Assembly (NCBI GenBank): GCA_963665115.1
Contig: OY762007.1
Coordinates: 5,568,001 to 5,632,000, forward strand
Direction: 5' to 3'
DNA from: an uncultured Rivularia sp.
GTDB lineage: Bacteria; Cyanobacteriota; Cyanobacteriia; Cyanobacteriales; Nostocaceae
Length of the DNA stretch: 64,000 nt
Shown: one piece after another, positions 62,830-64,000 of the stretch
Numbering within the stretch: position 1 is the stretch's first letter
How the letters are laid out: each line of letters opens with the position of its first letter
Position numbers and translations under genes: made by a program
The notes under the pieces: model-generated
What the model was told of the DNA's origin: nothing
Seen by the model: the letters and a program-made list of their open reading frames with translations, nothing else
Database searches by the model: none

Positions 62830-64000
62830 TTAACTGAATTGTTCTTCTGCATCTAAATTGAATAGTTTATGTAGAGTTTGCATACAGTGTCGTCTGGCTT
62901 CGACATCTTGCTGCGCTCTCAACTGCACCATTGGATCGTGTAATATTTTGTTTACAATTCCTCGCGTTAGGGCTTCAATTACTTCTTGATGTTTTTCGCC
63001 AAATTCGGAACCCAATCTGGATAACGCTTTCTCTAATTCTTGCTCGCGGATGGTTTCAATTTTGTTTCGCAAAGAACTAATAGTAGAAACTGTTTCCAGA
63101 CTGCGCCACCAAATATCAAAAGATTCTACTTCTTGTTCTAAAATCCCTTCTGCTTCTAGCGCCATTTGACGACGACTTTCTTGGTTTTGCGCGACTACTG
63201 CTTTCAAATCGTCTACATTAAATGCTTGTACGTTGTCTAGTTCGTTGACATCTGAATGAACGTTACGCGGTACGGAAATATCAAATAACATTAAAGCACG
63301 ACTAGGTTCTAGAACCATTTCTAATTTGCTGCGATCGAGTATTGGCTCTGTTGCAGAAGTACTTGTAAAGACTAAATCGCTTTCGTTAATTACTGGCATC
63401 ATTTCTGATAGCGGTTGAGTGCGGATAGTACAAGCACTAAATTTATTCGCTAATTCCTCAGCTCTTTTAACCGAACGATTTAAAATACAAATTTCCCCGG
63501 CACCTTTAGATATTAGATGCTTTACCAGCAAACGCGACATTTTCCCTGCGCCAACAACGGTAACTCGAACTGCGGCTAAATTTTGTACTTTAATCTGAGC
63601 TAATTCCACCGCAGCTGAACTGATGGAAACCGCACCAGTTCCAATACTGGTTTCGCTACGCACGCGCTTTCCGGCAGTGATTGCTTGTTTAAATAATTTA
63701 TTTAAAACCGTTTTAATACCTTTATATTGTTGACCGATTTTATGAGTATTCTTGATCTGAGCCAGAATTTGTCCTTCTCCAAGTACCAAGCTATCTAAAC
63801 CACTACTAACTCGCATTAAATGCATTACCGCATCTTGATGGAGCAGCATAAACAAGTGAGGTCTTAAAGAGGTTACAGGTAATTTACTGTGTTCCGAGAG
63901 AAACTGAATTACTTCTCGGATGCCTTGCTCGCTTTCTTGAGTCAGGATATAAATTTCCAACCGGTTACAAGTGCTAAGAATTGTAACTTCTTCAATACTG
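62830..64000 (-). CDS. hemA: Glutamyl-tRNA reductase, 5' end outside the window
   Basis: STCNRLEIY at the window edge, [28 protein letters not shown]. Confidence 0.97.
   Translation of the reverse strand, partial: SIEEVTILSTCNRLEIYILTQESEQGIREVIQFLSEHSKLPVTSLRPHLFMLLHQDAVMHLMRVSSGLDSLVLGEGQILAQIKNTHKIGQQYKGIKTVLNKLFKQAITAGKRVRSETSIGTGAVSISSAAVELAQIKVQNLAAVRVTVVGAGKMSRLLVKHLISKGAGEICILNRSVKRAEELANKFSACTIRTQPLSEMMPVINESDLVFTSTSATEPILDRSKLEMVLEPSRALMLFDISVPRNVHSDVNELDNVQAFNVDDLKAVVAQNQESRRQMALEAEGILEQEVESFDIWWRSLETVSTISSLRNKIETIREQELEKALSRLGSEFGEKHQEVIEALTRGIVNKILHDPMVQLRAQQDVEARRHCMQTLHKLFNLDAEEQFS

Overview
A 64 kb, AT-rich window from a filamentous cyanobacterium. The HIP1 octamer GCGATCGC recurs, intergenic heptamer (STRR-type) arrays are dense, and psaE, psb28 and ndhO are present; a Nostocales/Rivularia-like origin is my inference. 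Housekeeping genes (clpS, coaD, tldD/tldE-like pair, cysS, dtd, psb28, mraY, psaE, mutM, ndhO, pgi, hemA) alternate with accessory loci. The top candidate for an undescribed system is at 5941-9419 (minus strand): a compact, highly paired RNA hairpin with a bulged C lies just upstream of a TROVE/Ro60-like vWA gene, a four-helix-bundle gene and an ARPP-like/HTH gene, which suggests a divergent Ro60/Y-RNA-type ribonucleoprotein module. Other notable loci are (i) a cluster at 19-26 kb with two Cys-less AsnB-like amide ligases, a fold-III PLP enzyme lacking the Schiff-base Lys, and a membrane-anchored Spo11/TopoVI-A-like TOPRIM protein; (ii) a histone-H1-like/wHTH paralog pair beside a 5'-truncated nuclease gene with an apparent deletion scar; (iii) a four-gene biosynthetic cassette bracketed by two copies of a ~190 bp MITE-like element; and (iv) two small acidic lipoproteins, one with a (GGE)n tail, beside piuC. 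About ten genes carry single frameshifts in short homopolymer runs, most likely sequencing or assembly errors. No rRNA, tRNA, CRISPR array or intact transposase was seen. All family calls come from motif recognition, not database searches.
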